A stretch of 64,000 nucleotides of DNA, taken from the NCBI GenBank assembly GCA_964016885.1, contig OZ024740.1, positions 288,672,001-288,736,000 of the forward strand, given 5' to 3'. The translations under genes and the position numbers were made by a program. This DNA is from Eledone cirrhosa (taxonomy: Eukaryota). The notes under the pieces were generated by a model that saw only the letters and a list, made by a program, of their open reading frames with translations, was not told the origin of the DNA and did no database searches. Shown here piece by piece: positions 1 through 13,449 of the stretch (within the stretch, counting starts at the first letter, position 1; each line of letters starts with the position of its first letter).

Positions 1-1007
1 GTTTCAGCTGAGCTTCTTATAGATTTCTGATGTCTTCTAGAGACTGTTTAGTTTTCCAATACCTGGGAAGCTACTTATAAACCTCTGGGTATTTATGGAT
101 GCCTATTTGCTACTGACAGTTAATAAATAATTCATAGCTTTCTGGTGCCTATTAAATAGCCTTTAAATATCTATTGTCTACATAGCATTCATAATCCTTT
201 GAAACATGTTAAAACTAACCTAAATATTAGTAGAGTTTAGTAAACTGCCTATATTCCTTTTACTATCTACACAAATTAACTTCATTTTCAAATGTCTATA
301 CTAAACTGCTTCTAAGGTTTTCATACTCTATCAAAGTCTTTACATTTTTTTTTATAATCTCTACTAAACTACTTATAATATTTCAATACTCAACTAACTT
401 TGATCTCCTCATCCCTATACTGATTTACCTATAATCTTTTGATACCTTTACTAAACTGCCTATAATCTTTTGATACTTATTCTAAACTACCTATTGGCTT
501 TTTGACTGAACGTTTGTAACAAAACTGCCTATAAATTTCTGACATCTACTCTTCTGAATATAGTCTCTTGGTGTATTAAACTGTCTACAGTCTTTTGCTG
601 TCTATAAAACTATTATCTATTATACATATATGTAATGGTTAAGCATATGTAGTATGTATGTATATAAAATGTATGGATATAAGATCCTTGGAACATATTT
701 ATTTTAAATGTTTGCTTTAATTAGCTTTTAATGCCTTTTATCGCTTTAATTGATTAAAACATAAAGCGTGTTAATATTTCTATTGACTTCTTCCAACATC
801 TCTCATCTTTTAACTGAAGCTAACTTAAAACAGCAATGACATTACAGATACTTGTTTTCAGAATCTAAGGAAATGATCTCTATTTGTTATTGCAGTCATT
901 ATTATTATTAAATATTTGTTGTTGTTGTTGTTATTATTTTTATTATTATTATTATTATTTTTTAAATTATTATTATTATTATCATTATTATTATTATTAT
1001 TATTATT

Positions 1008-1890
1008 GGCAGAATCGGTAGAGCGTCAGACATGCTTAGCGGCATAGTTATGACCTTTTGCATTCTGAGGTCAAATCCGGCCGCGGTTAGCTTTGCCTTT
1101 CATCCTTCCAGGGTTGATAAAGAAAGTAAAGTGCCAGGCAAATAGTGGGATTGATTAAATTTATTAATCTATCCTTAAAATTTCTGGACTTCTGCCTTTG
1201 TTAAAAATTATTATTATAAGAAATTATTATCATTTTAATTATTATCGTTATTATTATCAATATTATTACATGGTAAAAGGCGGTGGATTGGCAGTATTGG
1301 TAGAGAGTCGGACACCATGCTTTGCTGCATAGAGTTACGGCCCTTTATGATCTGAGTTCAAATCCGGCCGAGGTTAACTTTGCCTTTCATCCTTACGGGG
1401 TCGATAAAATAAAGCACTAGTCACATACTGGGGTCGATTTAATCGACTTTCCCCTCCCCCAAAATTGCTGGCCTTGTGCCTATATAACAAACCATTATTA
1501 TTACACAGCCATTGGTGGATTGGCAGTATTGGTAGAGGGTTGGACGCTATGCTTTGACGCATAGAGTTACGGCCCTTGCCATTCTGAGTTTGAATCCCGC
1601 CGAGGTTAACTTTGCCTTTCATCCTTACGGGGGTCGATAAACTAAAGTACCAGTAATGTACTGGGTAATAGCTGGCCTTGTGCCTAAAATAGAAACAATT
1701 ATTATGGTGGATTGGCAGTATCGGTAGAGGGTCAGACGCCATGCTTTGACGCATAGTTACGGCCCTTGCCATTCTGAGTTCAAATCCCGCCGAGGTTAAC
1801 TTTGCCTTTCATCCTTATGGGGTCAATAAAATAAAGCACCAGTAATGCACTGGGTAATTGCTGGCCTTGTGCCAAAAGTAGAAACAATTA
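1008..1890 (+). mobile_element. Four head-to-tail copies of a ~190-220 bp tRNA-derived SINE (approx. 1008-1205, 1279-1500, 1514-1703, 1705-1890)
   Basis: Each copy has an A-box-like TGGCAG.AT.GGTAGA, a B-box-like GAGTTCAAATCC, a core GCCTTTCATCCTT..GGGGTCGATAAAATAAAGTACCAG and an (ATT)n tail. The core resembles the Deu/Nin SINE domain, from recall. Confidence 0.85.
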
Positions 1891-1896
1891 TTATTA

Positions 1897-1940
<44 letters not shown>

Positions 1941-2804
1941 TCTTATGTTTGCCATATTCTATTTTATCTTTTCATATCTTTTGCAACTTTGCAATGACTG
2001 ATCTTAAAATGAAGCAAATGTCGGTGTTTATTTGTTGTATTTTAAATTTTAAAAAAAAAAAGGGGGGAAGAAAGAAGAGATAGAAAGTGATATATAGTTA
2101 AGGAATGTGGAAAAATATATGGAAAGGCATTGTTAAGGCGAGCCGCAAAGATATTGTTCGTCTCATGTATGTATGTCTGTGTCTATATATATATACATAC
2201 ATACACATGCTGAACATAGTATATATTAGAATATTTAAGATAAATTAAATGTAGATATAGCTAGTTTTGTTGTTTTTTTAATTAGAATCAATTACTGTGA
2301 AAAGAACAAAATATAAACACAATTCCTACTATTCCCGCTGAACACAGAAAATTATCAAAGATTATCTCTATATATTTCAGAGAATATTGTCTCGTCATCA
2401 ATTGATAACTACCCCTATGATATTTACGTACAGAAGAACCTTTATAATGGTTGCTTTTTGTCAGGCAGGATGTAGAACATAACTGAAATGGTCAACGTAA
2501 TTTATATGACATGTACATTGCCAATAAATGCACATCAAGCAAATTAGACTATTTCAGTTACGTTCTGTATCTTGTAACCACTATAAAGATCCCTCTATAG
2601 GCAGAATTATAAGGATACTTATCTTCTAAAGAGGAGACAATAATATGTGAAATGCATAAAGATAATCTTTTTTTTTTTTTTGTCCAGTGGCTTCTAATTC
2701 AAAAACTGTTATATCTACATTAAGTCTCTTTTAAATCTAACAATATAAACACTGAGATCAAATCCAAAGCTGTAATCCTTAGAACAGAGTATTACTGTTA
2801 ACAG

Positions 2805-2988
2805 TGGTGGATTGGCAGTATTGGTAGAGAGTCGGACGCCATGCTTTGACGCATGGAGTTACGGCCCTTACTATTCTGAGTTCAAATCCCGCCGAGGTTA
2901 ACTTTGCCTTTTATCCTTACGGGGTCGATAAAATAAAGTACCAGTAATACACTGGGTAATTGCTGGCCTTGTGCCTAACGTAGAAACA
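2805..2988 (+). mobile_element. Same SINE family, with a 14-bp target-site duplication
   Basis: ATTACTGTTAACAG at 2791-2804 and 2989-3002 flanks a copy nearly identical to those at 1514 and 1705. Confidence 0.9.
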
Positions 2989-3207
2989 ATTACTGTTAAC
3001 AGGATTCTTCAGGCAACATATATGGCAACACTGATGCCAAGCTGTACTATTCTACAGTGGACTAAACCTGTGTTGTGGAGATAGGATTTGCAGCTATGTG
3101 AATGTCAGCCTGTTGTCATGCCACCCTGCCCGAATCTGTATAACACATTCTAGAGAACCGTTCCATAATCTTTTAAGACTAAATGGTGCATAAAATACAC
3201 TCACACA

Positions 3208-3210
<3 letters not shown>

Positions 3211-3294
<84 letters not shown>
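3211..3294. repeat. (TA)n microsatellite; representative of many others, e.g. (TA)n 7222-7276, (ATT)n 1888-1940, (TTTTA)n 26770-26855 and (CT)n 53485-53568
   Basis: Directly visible. Confidence 0.97.
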
Positions 3295-3300
<6 letters not shown>

Positions 3301-3340
3301 ATTGCAATCTAGAAAGGATGTATGTTTGTGCAACACCATG

Positions 3341-3575
3341 ATACATTAAGGATGTCATTTGACAGGTCAGTCCAATCATATCCCAGTATACATTAAGGAT
3401 GTCATTTGACAGGTCAGTCCAATCATATCCCAGTATACATTAAGGATGTCATTTGACAGGTCAGTCCAATCATATCCCAGTATACATTAAGGATGTCATT
3501 TGACAGGTCAGTCCAATCATATCCCAGTATACATTCAGGATGTCATTTGACAGGTCAGTCCAATCATATCCCAGT
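3341..3575. repeat. 47-bp minisatellite, 5 near-perfect copies
   Basis: ATACATTAAGGATGTCATTTGACAGGTCAGTCCAATCATATCCCAGT starts at 3341, 3388, 3435, 3482 and 3529. There is one substitution in the last copy and no spacers. Confidence 0.97.
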
Positions 3576-4992
3576 ATGTATTGTTCAACAATACCCTATT
3601 CTTCTCAGTAGGATTTGTGAGTTTCAAGTTTCTTGATTGAGATTAAATACCACCATTATAAAAATAACTTTCACCACTATAACTACTACCTAAACCATTA
3701 TTTCCACTTGATGAAAAGAAACAAAAACAGCCTTTTATTTTAGGTTTAGAAATAGATATATGGTAGCCACAATCAACCCTTTCATGACCATATTTCTAAT
3801 GAAATACACTGTATTTCAATTAGTTAATGAAGAATTTTTGGGGATTTACTAAAATTATTATTTATTTCATTACTAAGATAGTAACTTAATGTAAAGATCA
3901 TCATCATCATCGATTAAAGATCTTATATAAAATTATGTTGGGAGATTTTAATTTAAATTGGAAACCTTTAAAATGGGTGATTTTTATTTCAAAGAATCAG
4001 AGCCAGTTTTGGCCAGGTTGGTAACAAAAGGCTTAAAGTATTGTATAGTTGCCTCCATAGTTGAAGGTTCAAACCCTACATGGTAACCCTAACTAAAAAC
4101 AGTCATTGTTAGTCGTGATTCTTGCATGGTCACTGGTGGTAAGGTCCTATCTAGATGTAGAAACAATTCAAACAATAGTTCAGAACAAATCTTTGGAAAC
4201 ATGAAATGATACTTTTAAGGTAAATGATAATGCTGCCTTGAAGATTACTTTTAAGCTTTCTAAAGGTATCTTAGCACTATTTCATTTATTCACAACTTTA
4301 TCTTGTTACGGTTTTTATTGAGTTCTGAAGTGAGCTTTTAAAAATTGGGTTTCAACTTATAAGATTTTGACCAATCTTAGAACCAAATATTTGTAGAAAG
4401 TTGGTTTTAATTTGAAACATTTTAGCAATTTAAACTTTAGCTCTGAACTAAAATTGAATAAAATGTTTACTTTGAATCTGAATCTAATTATGATGAATGT
4501 TTGCTTTATTTTTCAAACTTATGCTAACCAAGGTCGAGCTAAATTCATTCAAAGCTAAATTATGACCCAGATAAAAAACAAAGTTGGAGAAATGCTGTAC
4601 TAAAGAAGGCTTGTCTATCAAATGCAGACATCAACTAAGTTTAGCTGTAATTTTAGACAGAATTCTTTCAGCAAACATAAGACATTTAGACAAAGAAACA
4701 ATATAAAATATGACTTTTCAGGGATAATCTTTAGAATTTACAACTCAAATATCTACATATTTATTTCCATCAGGGTCCCTAAAATCGGTTTCAGTTCCAA
4801 ATGAAGTCTTTTCTTTCTTTTCTTTTTTTTTAGCTCCGACATTTGCTTGCATTGCTTTCTATTTTTGTTTGTTTATTTCCGTATATAAAAACTGCGATGT
4901 GTACATATATATGTAAATGATAATGAAATATTTATAACCATAAATGATCACTGGTTCCAATCCCCCTTGTCAATTAATTAATTAATTACCAG

Positions 4993-5199
4993 AAAGGAGA
5001 TTACTTTGCTGAAGACATATATGCCCGGGAATCATTTCGCTATGGCCGAGAGGCTGGCCCGGTGTATCGTGACACCGTGATCAGTCCGTCAGTGGCACCT
5101 CGCACTGAGGCTGTTGTCTATCAAGGAGAATTGACCGGTAGCATTGCCACGGATGCTGGAAGTGACTTCAGGTTTCCACCAGACGATTCTATACCCAAG
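4993..5199 (+). CDS. Ank2: Ankyrin exon, linker between ANK repeats and ZU5 (KGDYFAEDIYARESFRY...FPPDDSIPK), phase 0-0, probable cassette exon
   Basis: GC-richer island with an open frame, cag acceptor at 4990-4992 and AAG|GTATTC donor at 5200. It is 207 nt and joins in phase to the exon at 9125. The sequence is not itself a recognisable domain and the polypyrimidine tract is weak. Confidence 0.7.
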
Positions 5200-5377
5200 G
5201 TATTCACACTCCTTCCCAACTTGATCTGTGTGTGGCTGTGTGGGGGTAGGTGTGGGTGTGTCTGGTTTTTGCTTGATTTTTGAAGGGACGTTTTTTTTTG
5301 TTTTTTTCGGGGAAATTTTTTCTTTTACTTGTGTTATTGGGTTTTCCATTTTTATTTTGTGTATATATCTGTGTATG

Positions 5378-5415
<38 letters not shown>

Positions 5416-7211
5416 CACATACATACAGTTACTTACATTTACTCATTCTCACTCATACTATATATGCACATACATCCTCATGTACACCACAGCATATGTG
5501 CACATCAGATGTACATATACACATACATGCAATCAAACATTGCATAAACAGGACTCTTTGGTTGTGTTAAAGACATGATATCCTCCCAAATACTAGTACC
5601 ACAATAAAATATACCCAGTGCAGTCTGTTGAGTGTGGGCACATAAGTAAGAAAGATATGCCCCCTGATTAAGTACTGACTTGGCAGGTGACAACCTATCC
5701 AGACCCTTGTTAGCAGGAAGAAATGGATATTAAAGGAAGATGATGTACATACACTGCAGCTGCATCATAGCTGGGTATATTGCCAGGCAGCATTTCTTTG
5801 CTCAGGTAACTGAACATCCTCACCCGTGTGATTCAGAGGAAAGCATATAACTTATGAATAAAGTACAAGCAACTCACATACACATACTCATATATGCACA
5901 ATTTACACATGGACATGCTCATAAACATACATATACTCATATACATATAAACATTTATCGGCATCCACACACAAACACACGCATGAATGCACATACATAA
6001 ATATTTGTACACGTTCACAAGAATATACACATACATAAACTCACTCACACACAGGAACACACACACTCATCTTCATTCATTTAATCTTTCTAACCAACTC
6101 TTTTATTCTAATGTTGTCCATGTTCAAACTGGTGCACTCTGCCAGTGTTTACAGCAAGTACAAGAACAGCTGCTGCTGCTAGCTGCATGCAAGCTGATTA
6201 TGAAAGTGCATGTAGCATTTTGGATTGACTTATTGCAGCTGCATTTTAATACTTGATGTAATAACTATTGAGATTATTCTCTCAATATTCATTTTCATAT
6301 TACATCATTACCATAGTGAAATTTCTTTCTCCTCATCTCCCTCCCCTCGCTCACTCCTCCTCTCTCTCAACATCTTTCCTTCTCTGCTTTCTCAGTTCTT
6401 CAATACATTTATTATTTTGATATTATTCCATTCTATATAATGAAGGAGTAAAAAGTGTTAGATTTGCTACCAAATTGAAGTCTGTGACACTCCACAACTC
6501 TCTTCTGGTGTCATTTTATTGTCTTTCAGACAGGAAGGACACTTATATCTACATTGCCTCACTGTTTCAGGTAGTTGTCTGAAACAAGCAGCTACATTTT
6601 CCATGAGTGTTGTGCATTTAAGATTAGCTTCCTATCCAGATTTATCTCTCATCCACTTTACAGAAAGCTGATTTAAGCACCAGCTATGTGGCTCTGTGAC
6701 TTGTGATTTGATTGTCTTTAATTTAATCTTTGGTTTAGTTAATTTAATTTTTGGTTTAGTTAATTTAATTTTTGATTTAGTTAATTTAATTTTTGATTTA
6801 GTTTATTTTAAATAATTTTGAAATGTGATAGACATGCTATTTGAAAATTGTAGTGAAACCAGATCACTTGAATTCTATATCTTCAGGTTCAAATATGTGC
6901 AGTTGTTTCCTTTGTAGTATTATGTCTGATGTGAGAGCAGATCTTCTGTGGATGTACATTTCTCAGTTATCTGTAAAGATGAGCATTTTGTGGTACCACT
7001 CTCATGTGATAATTATGAAAAAATGTGTTGTTTTTTATTTGGTTCTTTTTAGAGAGAGAATGAAATCATGTGCTGCTTTTGTCAGTTTTTAGATTAGATA
7101 CTGCACATTAGTTGATTCATCCTTATTCACATCAGGCATGTTAAGCTGTCTAATTAAGGTGAAAATTCCTTTAAAAAAAACATGTCTTGAATTATTTACT
7201 GCAACACTGTA

Positions 7212-7292
<81 letters not shown>

Positions 7293-7992
7293 CTGCATAT
7301 GTGTAAGGCATCATTATATATATATATATGTATATATAATGATATATATAATGATATATATTAAGACAAAGTTGGATCTGGTGTTCATAGATAACTGTTT
7401 AAAGAGCTGCAGTGTTGCTGTCATAATTAATTCTCTGCACTCTCTTGATTTATTGTTCTTTTATGTTTGTTTGTATTTCTTTTTGTGTATGTTTGTTATT
7501 TAGAAATTTATTACAAACCAAACGAAACACCTTTCTTGTAGGGCAATAGAACTGGAAAAGAAATTAGTAGTTTATTATAATTTCTATTGAATGTAGGTGT
7601 TGTGACAGTATGTGCTTTACTTTACATTCTTTGTGGTGGTGTCAATGAAATATGGCTGGTTTTATCTATTGTTCCCCCATAAAATATGTGGCCTTATCAT
7701 ATATCAGTATTTCACAAGATTGTTTGCTTTTTGTTTTGTTTAGTCTGAGGAAGGTTTGTTAAAGTGTCAAGAACTTGTTCTTTTAGTATATTAAAAAGAT
7801 GATAGGTTTTCAGGGGCGTATCAAGCTTTTCAACACAATCAAGAATTGTTTCTCACAAAGTTCATTTTAAACTAAGATTATATTTCTTCATTTAGTTTTC
7901 TTAATCTTTCTCTATTGTTTACTATATCTTGTTCCTAATTTCCCTCAATCAACAGAGGTCTCTATCTCTCTCTGCAATATTTTTCAAGTATT

Positions 7993-8037
<45 letters not shown>

Positions 8038-9124
8038 TTGTCTTCCATAAGACAGCCAGCCTATTGTACTCTAATATTATGTTGTTGTTTTTTATCTTTG
8101 GAGTATTTCTAATTTGAATTTATTGCTAACATACTGAATATGTACTAGTGTTGACTATGTATAGTACCAGATATGTTGGATTCTATATAATACAATACAT
8201 ATAGTGTTGTGTAGCATTGTAAGGATATAGTGTTTTATAATATTGTACAACTACAGTGTTTTATAGTAATGTACAAGTATAGTACTTTATAGTACTGTAC
8301 AAAAGTAGTGTTTTACAGTACTATTAAAATATATAATACTATATTGTAATTTTGAGATACAGTATTGTATATTTAGATACTGATCTGTATTGTTAGTAAG
8401 CTATATAGTAACAGTACTACTACTACACAATACTGTAGAGATACAGTACTATACAATATTCAACATAAATAGTACTGTACTGATGTATATTGAATTCAAC
8501 TGTTTTCTTCCTCTTCTCTCTTTTCAATCAAATGTTTTTCCTTTTTATTTCATAATAATCTTTAACTTGTGATATTTAAATTATTTTCCTGTCTTATTTA
8601 TGAATGTTATATTTTTATTATTATTATTTTTTTGTCATTGAAATATTTAAAAATAAACCCACTTTTTATTCTTGTGCTATTTTTCAGGGGTTTTATTTTC
8701 TTTTTTTTTCTGTGTGTGTTAAGTTTAAATTAATTTAACTTCATCTTGAACCCAAATGTTCTATTTTACTTTGTAAATTATACTTTAAAAATAACACTTG
8801 TGAGTCACATAAATAATTATTAACTTAATTCATTAAACTGCCTTCTAAAAGCTTCAAATGCATTTAAATGTGTAATATTCTTTATTTGTTGGAATCTTTC
8901 TAAAAGGCCTCTAGATGTGTCTATATAATAAGAGATCTTTCCAAGAAATAATTGTTATTCTATGGTATTGTTGATGTAAACTCTTCATTTTAAATGATTC
9001 AGTGTGAAATTACCATGACTGTATCACATTTAAGTGGAACTATTTTTCATTGTATTCCACTGCATCTTTTATGTAGCATCATTGATGTTGCTTTCAACTG
9101 CTTCCATTTGTTTATTCCTTACAG

Positions 9125-9300
9125 CAACAAGACTACCTTGAACACCAGGTAATGAGTCATACATATGCTAGTCATCCTGAAAATCGTTATCTGAACAACA
9201 CAATGGAGAGTTCTCGTTATAGTTCATACAGTGGCTCTTCCTTCAACACAAGTTTTGACCCCGACAACGTGGCTGTTGATCGCACACCAACTTACTCAGG
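9125..9300 (+). CDS. Ank2: Ankyrin exon preceding ZU5-N (QQDYLEHQVMSHTY...SFDPDNVAVDRTPTYSG), phase 0-2
   Basis: tttattccttacag acceptor and GG|GTCAGT donor. The DNV..P..SG motif resembles the stretch just upstream of [12 protein letters not shown] in ankyrins, and phase 2 matches the exon at 21344. Confidence 0.88.
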
Positions 9301-10860
9301 GTCAGTCTACATGCTTTCTTCCTACTACTTAACAAATATGCTAACAAATTTTGCCTTGAATTTCATTTAAAAAAATGCTTAAGAATGCAAAAATTTAACT
9401 GAAGTTTCTATTGCTGTACCAATTGGATTCTTGCAATGGGTTTTTTACTTTCTTTCATCAAACCCTTGTGTATTTTTAGTATTAAGAACTTGGTACATAA
9501 ATCTGCTTTCTTCTGTGGCAATAACCTAATGACCTCTTAAAATGCTGTGTAATCTCTGCCAAGACTTGCTATTGGCTGTTGTTCTCTTGCATTTTTGACA
9601 GTTTTTTGTTTATCTGGTTTATTATTATAATTTGTTATTGTTCATGTTTGATGCAGTTGAAGTGTTACTAAACACATTAAAAATTACTGTTCAAAAATTA
9701 ACACAGAAGAATTAATTATACAGATCTTATTGACAGTGTTCTAGAGTTTTTCTGTTGTTTTACATGACAACTTGTGTAAAATCTGATTTCTGTGTCACAG
9801 TGCTGTTAATCAGCATGAGAATATAAGGTTTAATCCAATAACACAAACAAATATTTCCTTTGGATATATATATATATATAACTAAGGTTGTGGTGGTGAC
9901 ATTATGAAAAAGTACCCAATTCAACCTGTCAGTTGGTCGTTTTGGTACCACGATAAAAAGCACCCAGTCCACACTGTAAATGTGATTAGTGTTAGGAAGG
10001 GCATCCAGCCATAGAAACCAGGCCAAGAACAGTTCTGTATGAGCAAGAAATGGTCACCTGATTGGATTTCTCACAATAGGACAACTTGTCTAACCCATGG
10101 TAATGTGGAAGATGGACATTAAATGGTGGTGGTGATGATAATGATATGATGTTGTGCTGTCCATGCTTTTTTCAAGTGCATTCAAATTGTAGACTGAAAG
10201 CAGTTTCAAATGGCAATCAAAATGTTGGTGTGGATATGGCTCACCAATAAACTTATACCATATTTAGCATTTATTTGATGAGCTTAAAGCCTTGTATATG
10301 ACAGAGTTAGCAGAAAGATGACATAAGTTATAGAATTGTTCCTGGGAATGGAAACAAGGTTTTCCCAAGAACTTGCATTAGTATAGTACCTATCATCACT
10401 GTAATTAATATTGAATCAATAATATACTAATTAATTTGTTGTTAATAGTGTAATATGTAATTATGAACTAATACATATGCTGTCCCCTACACAAACATGT
10501 AAAAACCTGAACTTAGGTACAGGCAAAAGGTATATTTACACCAATCACACACACCCTTCACACAAAGCACTGACACATGCAGACTAACTCCAACACATGC
10601 ACACTAACTCCAATGCTTGCACACACATGCACGCAATACATATTAATCAATATGAAAACCCTATCAAAACATTTCAGTATATTTTCCTTATATATATTTT
10701 AGTTTATTTGTTTGAGGGATTAACTCTATTTTGACAATGTTTGACACCCCATTAACCCTTTCACCTTGAATTCTACACCAACTTTCTGATCCCCCTTTCT
10801 CTCTCCTGAAGTTCATTTTAACCCTATTCTGAAGTTGATCTTCTGTTTTTTCAACCATAG

Positions 10861-10878
10861 CAAACTAAAATGGAAAAG
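10861..10878 (+). CDS. Ank2: 18-nt microexon inserting KLKWKS between ...TYSG and FLVSFM..., phase 2-2
   Basis: ttctgttttttcaaccatag|CAAACTAAAATGGAAAAG|gtaact. It preserves frame, has no stop and gives [20 protein letters not shown]. Confidence 0.75.
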
Positions 10879-13449
10879 GTAACTCTTAAACTAACTTTCA
10901 CTTTCTTTCCATCTTTTATTTTACCTGTGTGTTTATCTTTAAATTAATTTAAATTTCTAATGTTGTTTGTTTTTCTTGCTCTACCCATCTTCCTGAAAAT
11001 GTTTTGATGCACGCTTCCAGCCTGCTTCAACCAGCTGCCAGATAAATAACATTGTGTGAGTGGAAGGAAGCAAATTCTGCCTATATGATTGGTGTTGATG
11101 TTCGTATATGGGTCACTGGAAGTGGTTAGGGAAGACTAATGCATTGCAGTACTGGTTTATCTGGTCATGAGTTTGAAAACTTGTTGTAGATAGATTTTTT
11201 ACTGACACTCATTCTACAATATCCACACTTCATTTAGCTTCAGGGAATAGTTAATAAACTTTTTGGGGGAGAAATTAGCGAATTATAGAAAGCTTTGACT
11301 TTTATGTGTTTATCTTATCTGCATAAAAAAACTTTGGTTCAAAAACAATGCTGTGAATACTGCATAGCAAATGTCATAAACTAGTTGGAAGGAAGAGCTT
11401 CTGGGCATTCAATCTTGAAATCCAGTTTCAATTTCCAGTTGGGGCTATTACCTCTTATATTTATGATTTTACTTATAGTCAGTAGCATCTTAACTTTAAG
11501 ATAACTGGACCAATCTATTGGCCTACCATTTTGCACTAGAAAGAAGACTGAACTGATCTCGAGAAGATATATTATTTTCTGCCGATTTTAGATTTTTTAC
11601 GGAATTTTTAAATAACTCCATTTTTTTTTTTGTATCTTGTAAAACATTTGTCTTTAGCCTAGCAATATCATTACTTTATGAAGTCAGTTTTCAGTACTCA
11701 CAAGCTACTGGCTTGACTAGTTTTATTATGTTGATGCTCTGCATAAGCCTTTGTCTATGCTGCTATTAATCTAGGAAGATATTGCTATTATAGTGAATAA
11801 CTGACAAATGACAGTGAATTGCAGCTAAAGAAGGCTGCTCAGTCATAAAAGTAAACACCGATGCAGGTGCTTTAGAATTTAATGTGATTTGGACTTTGTC
11901 AGTCTGGCTTTCTCTGTGATAAAGATTCCTGTGGTGTTCCAACAACCATATGAATTATAGAACATTTAAATCACTGAATTTTGCAATGTCTGTGAGTTTG
12001 CTTTTGATCTTATTATTTCTAAGTCTGACTTCTAAGTGAAAGCCATTGTTCTTCAAACAGAATTATTTTAAGTTGATACACGAAACATGGGCTGAATCAT
12101 AATCAATAAGTATGTCATTCTAGGAAAGGAAGGAAGATTTGTACAAATCTTCAACACAAAAACATTATGGTGGTTGAGATAAGGAAATACATAAGGTTGA
12201 TGTTCGGAAAGGATAAGGTAAATGAGGGTACAGCTGAATGGTGAGTTAGTGGTTGGAGAATATTTGTGACTTAAGATTCACTTATCAAGAATTCAGATAC
12301 TTTACAGAGTAAAGTCTGTTATGTGTTTGTGTGTTTATAAATATGATGAGCAAGCATATTTCAGTGTCTCTGCTATGTGAATGGTTAAGATTTATTTGTG
12401 TGTAGATATGAAGAGATATGGTTAAGTCATTGATGAGAGTGGTATTGTAGAGCAGTATACTCTCAACCATTCACTCAGGAATACTTTGAAATATTAAAAT
12501 ATCTTCTTGCTTCTTAGTAGTAGTAGTAGTAGTAGTAGTTTTAGTAGAGAACACAGCTTTGTTGTTGCTTCTCTGAGGTTGCTGCCATCTTGTCCATCAA
12601 ACTGACCACTAAAATATAGAACCCTTTCACCTGTGTGCTTCCTCTTCCCTCTACTCCTGCAGTCTGTGTTTGTAGCCAGTGCTATGTATGTGTGTGTGTA
12701 TGTATGTATGTATGTATGTATGTATGTATGGATGGATGTAAATTATCTATCATTTTCAGACATTATCTCACATTTGCTGCCTTTTATTGTCTAAAATGCT
12801 CAGCCTTAGTTTGTACATCACTACACTATTGTATTGCATCTAAGCACTCCTTGTCTTCTGCATCCCCTGCCCATCTCTGTAATTTTTAACTCATTATCTG
12901 AGACAAAACTGAAGTTTATCTAACTTCATTTACATTCAGACCATATTTAGAAGGGTTCTGGACCTTTGTTTTGTTACTCATTTTATATATATATATATAT
13001 ATGTGTGTTTTGCTTTTTCTTATTTTAATTTATTTGTTTTTTAGCACCAAAGAATCCTTTCTTTGTTCCAAAATCTTTCTGTGGTGTTCTAAATATTACA
13101 CTGAATAAATTAGTCTAGGGTTTTTTTGTTTTTTTTTTTTGTTTTATTGGTTGTCGATGATTCTTTTTTTTCTGTTATAAAAGAAAGCAGAAAACTGATG
13201 CACAAAAACCAAAATTCTTGTGTGATGCTTAGACTGGCTGTACTATTTCTGTACATCTTATCTATCCTGAATCAACCTCACCAAAGAATCTCTGTTGGCG
13301 TTAGTTCATCAGTTTCTTTATTTTTGACAACATAGTTTGCTATTATCCCATGACAAGATAGGTGCCTCCCAATGAGATCTTGGAATTTCAATATAAGACT
13401 ATCTAGGTTTTTATTATTATTTCTTTTAATAATAATTGTGTTTAGCATT

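Noticed and set aside
1374-1772. 132-aa minus-strand ORF
   Set aside because: It is the antisense of tandem SINE copies, and its internal peptide repeat mirrors the SINE repeat.
3341-3575. CRISPR-like array
   Set aside because: The units are contiguous and identical with no unique spacers, there are no cas genes, and the context is a eukaryotic intron.
3094-7503. ORFs rich in [10 protein letters not shown] or THTH (also 35500-35697, 39780-39986 and 53371-53652)
   Set aside because: They are translations of (TA)n, (TG)n and (CT)n microsatellites.
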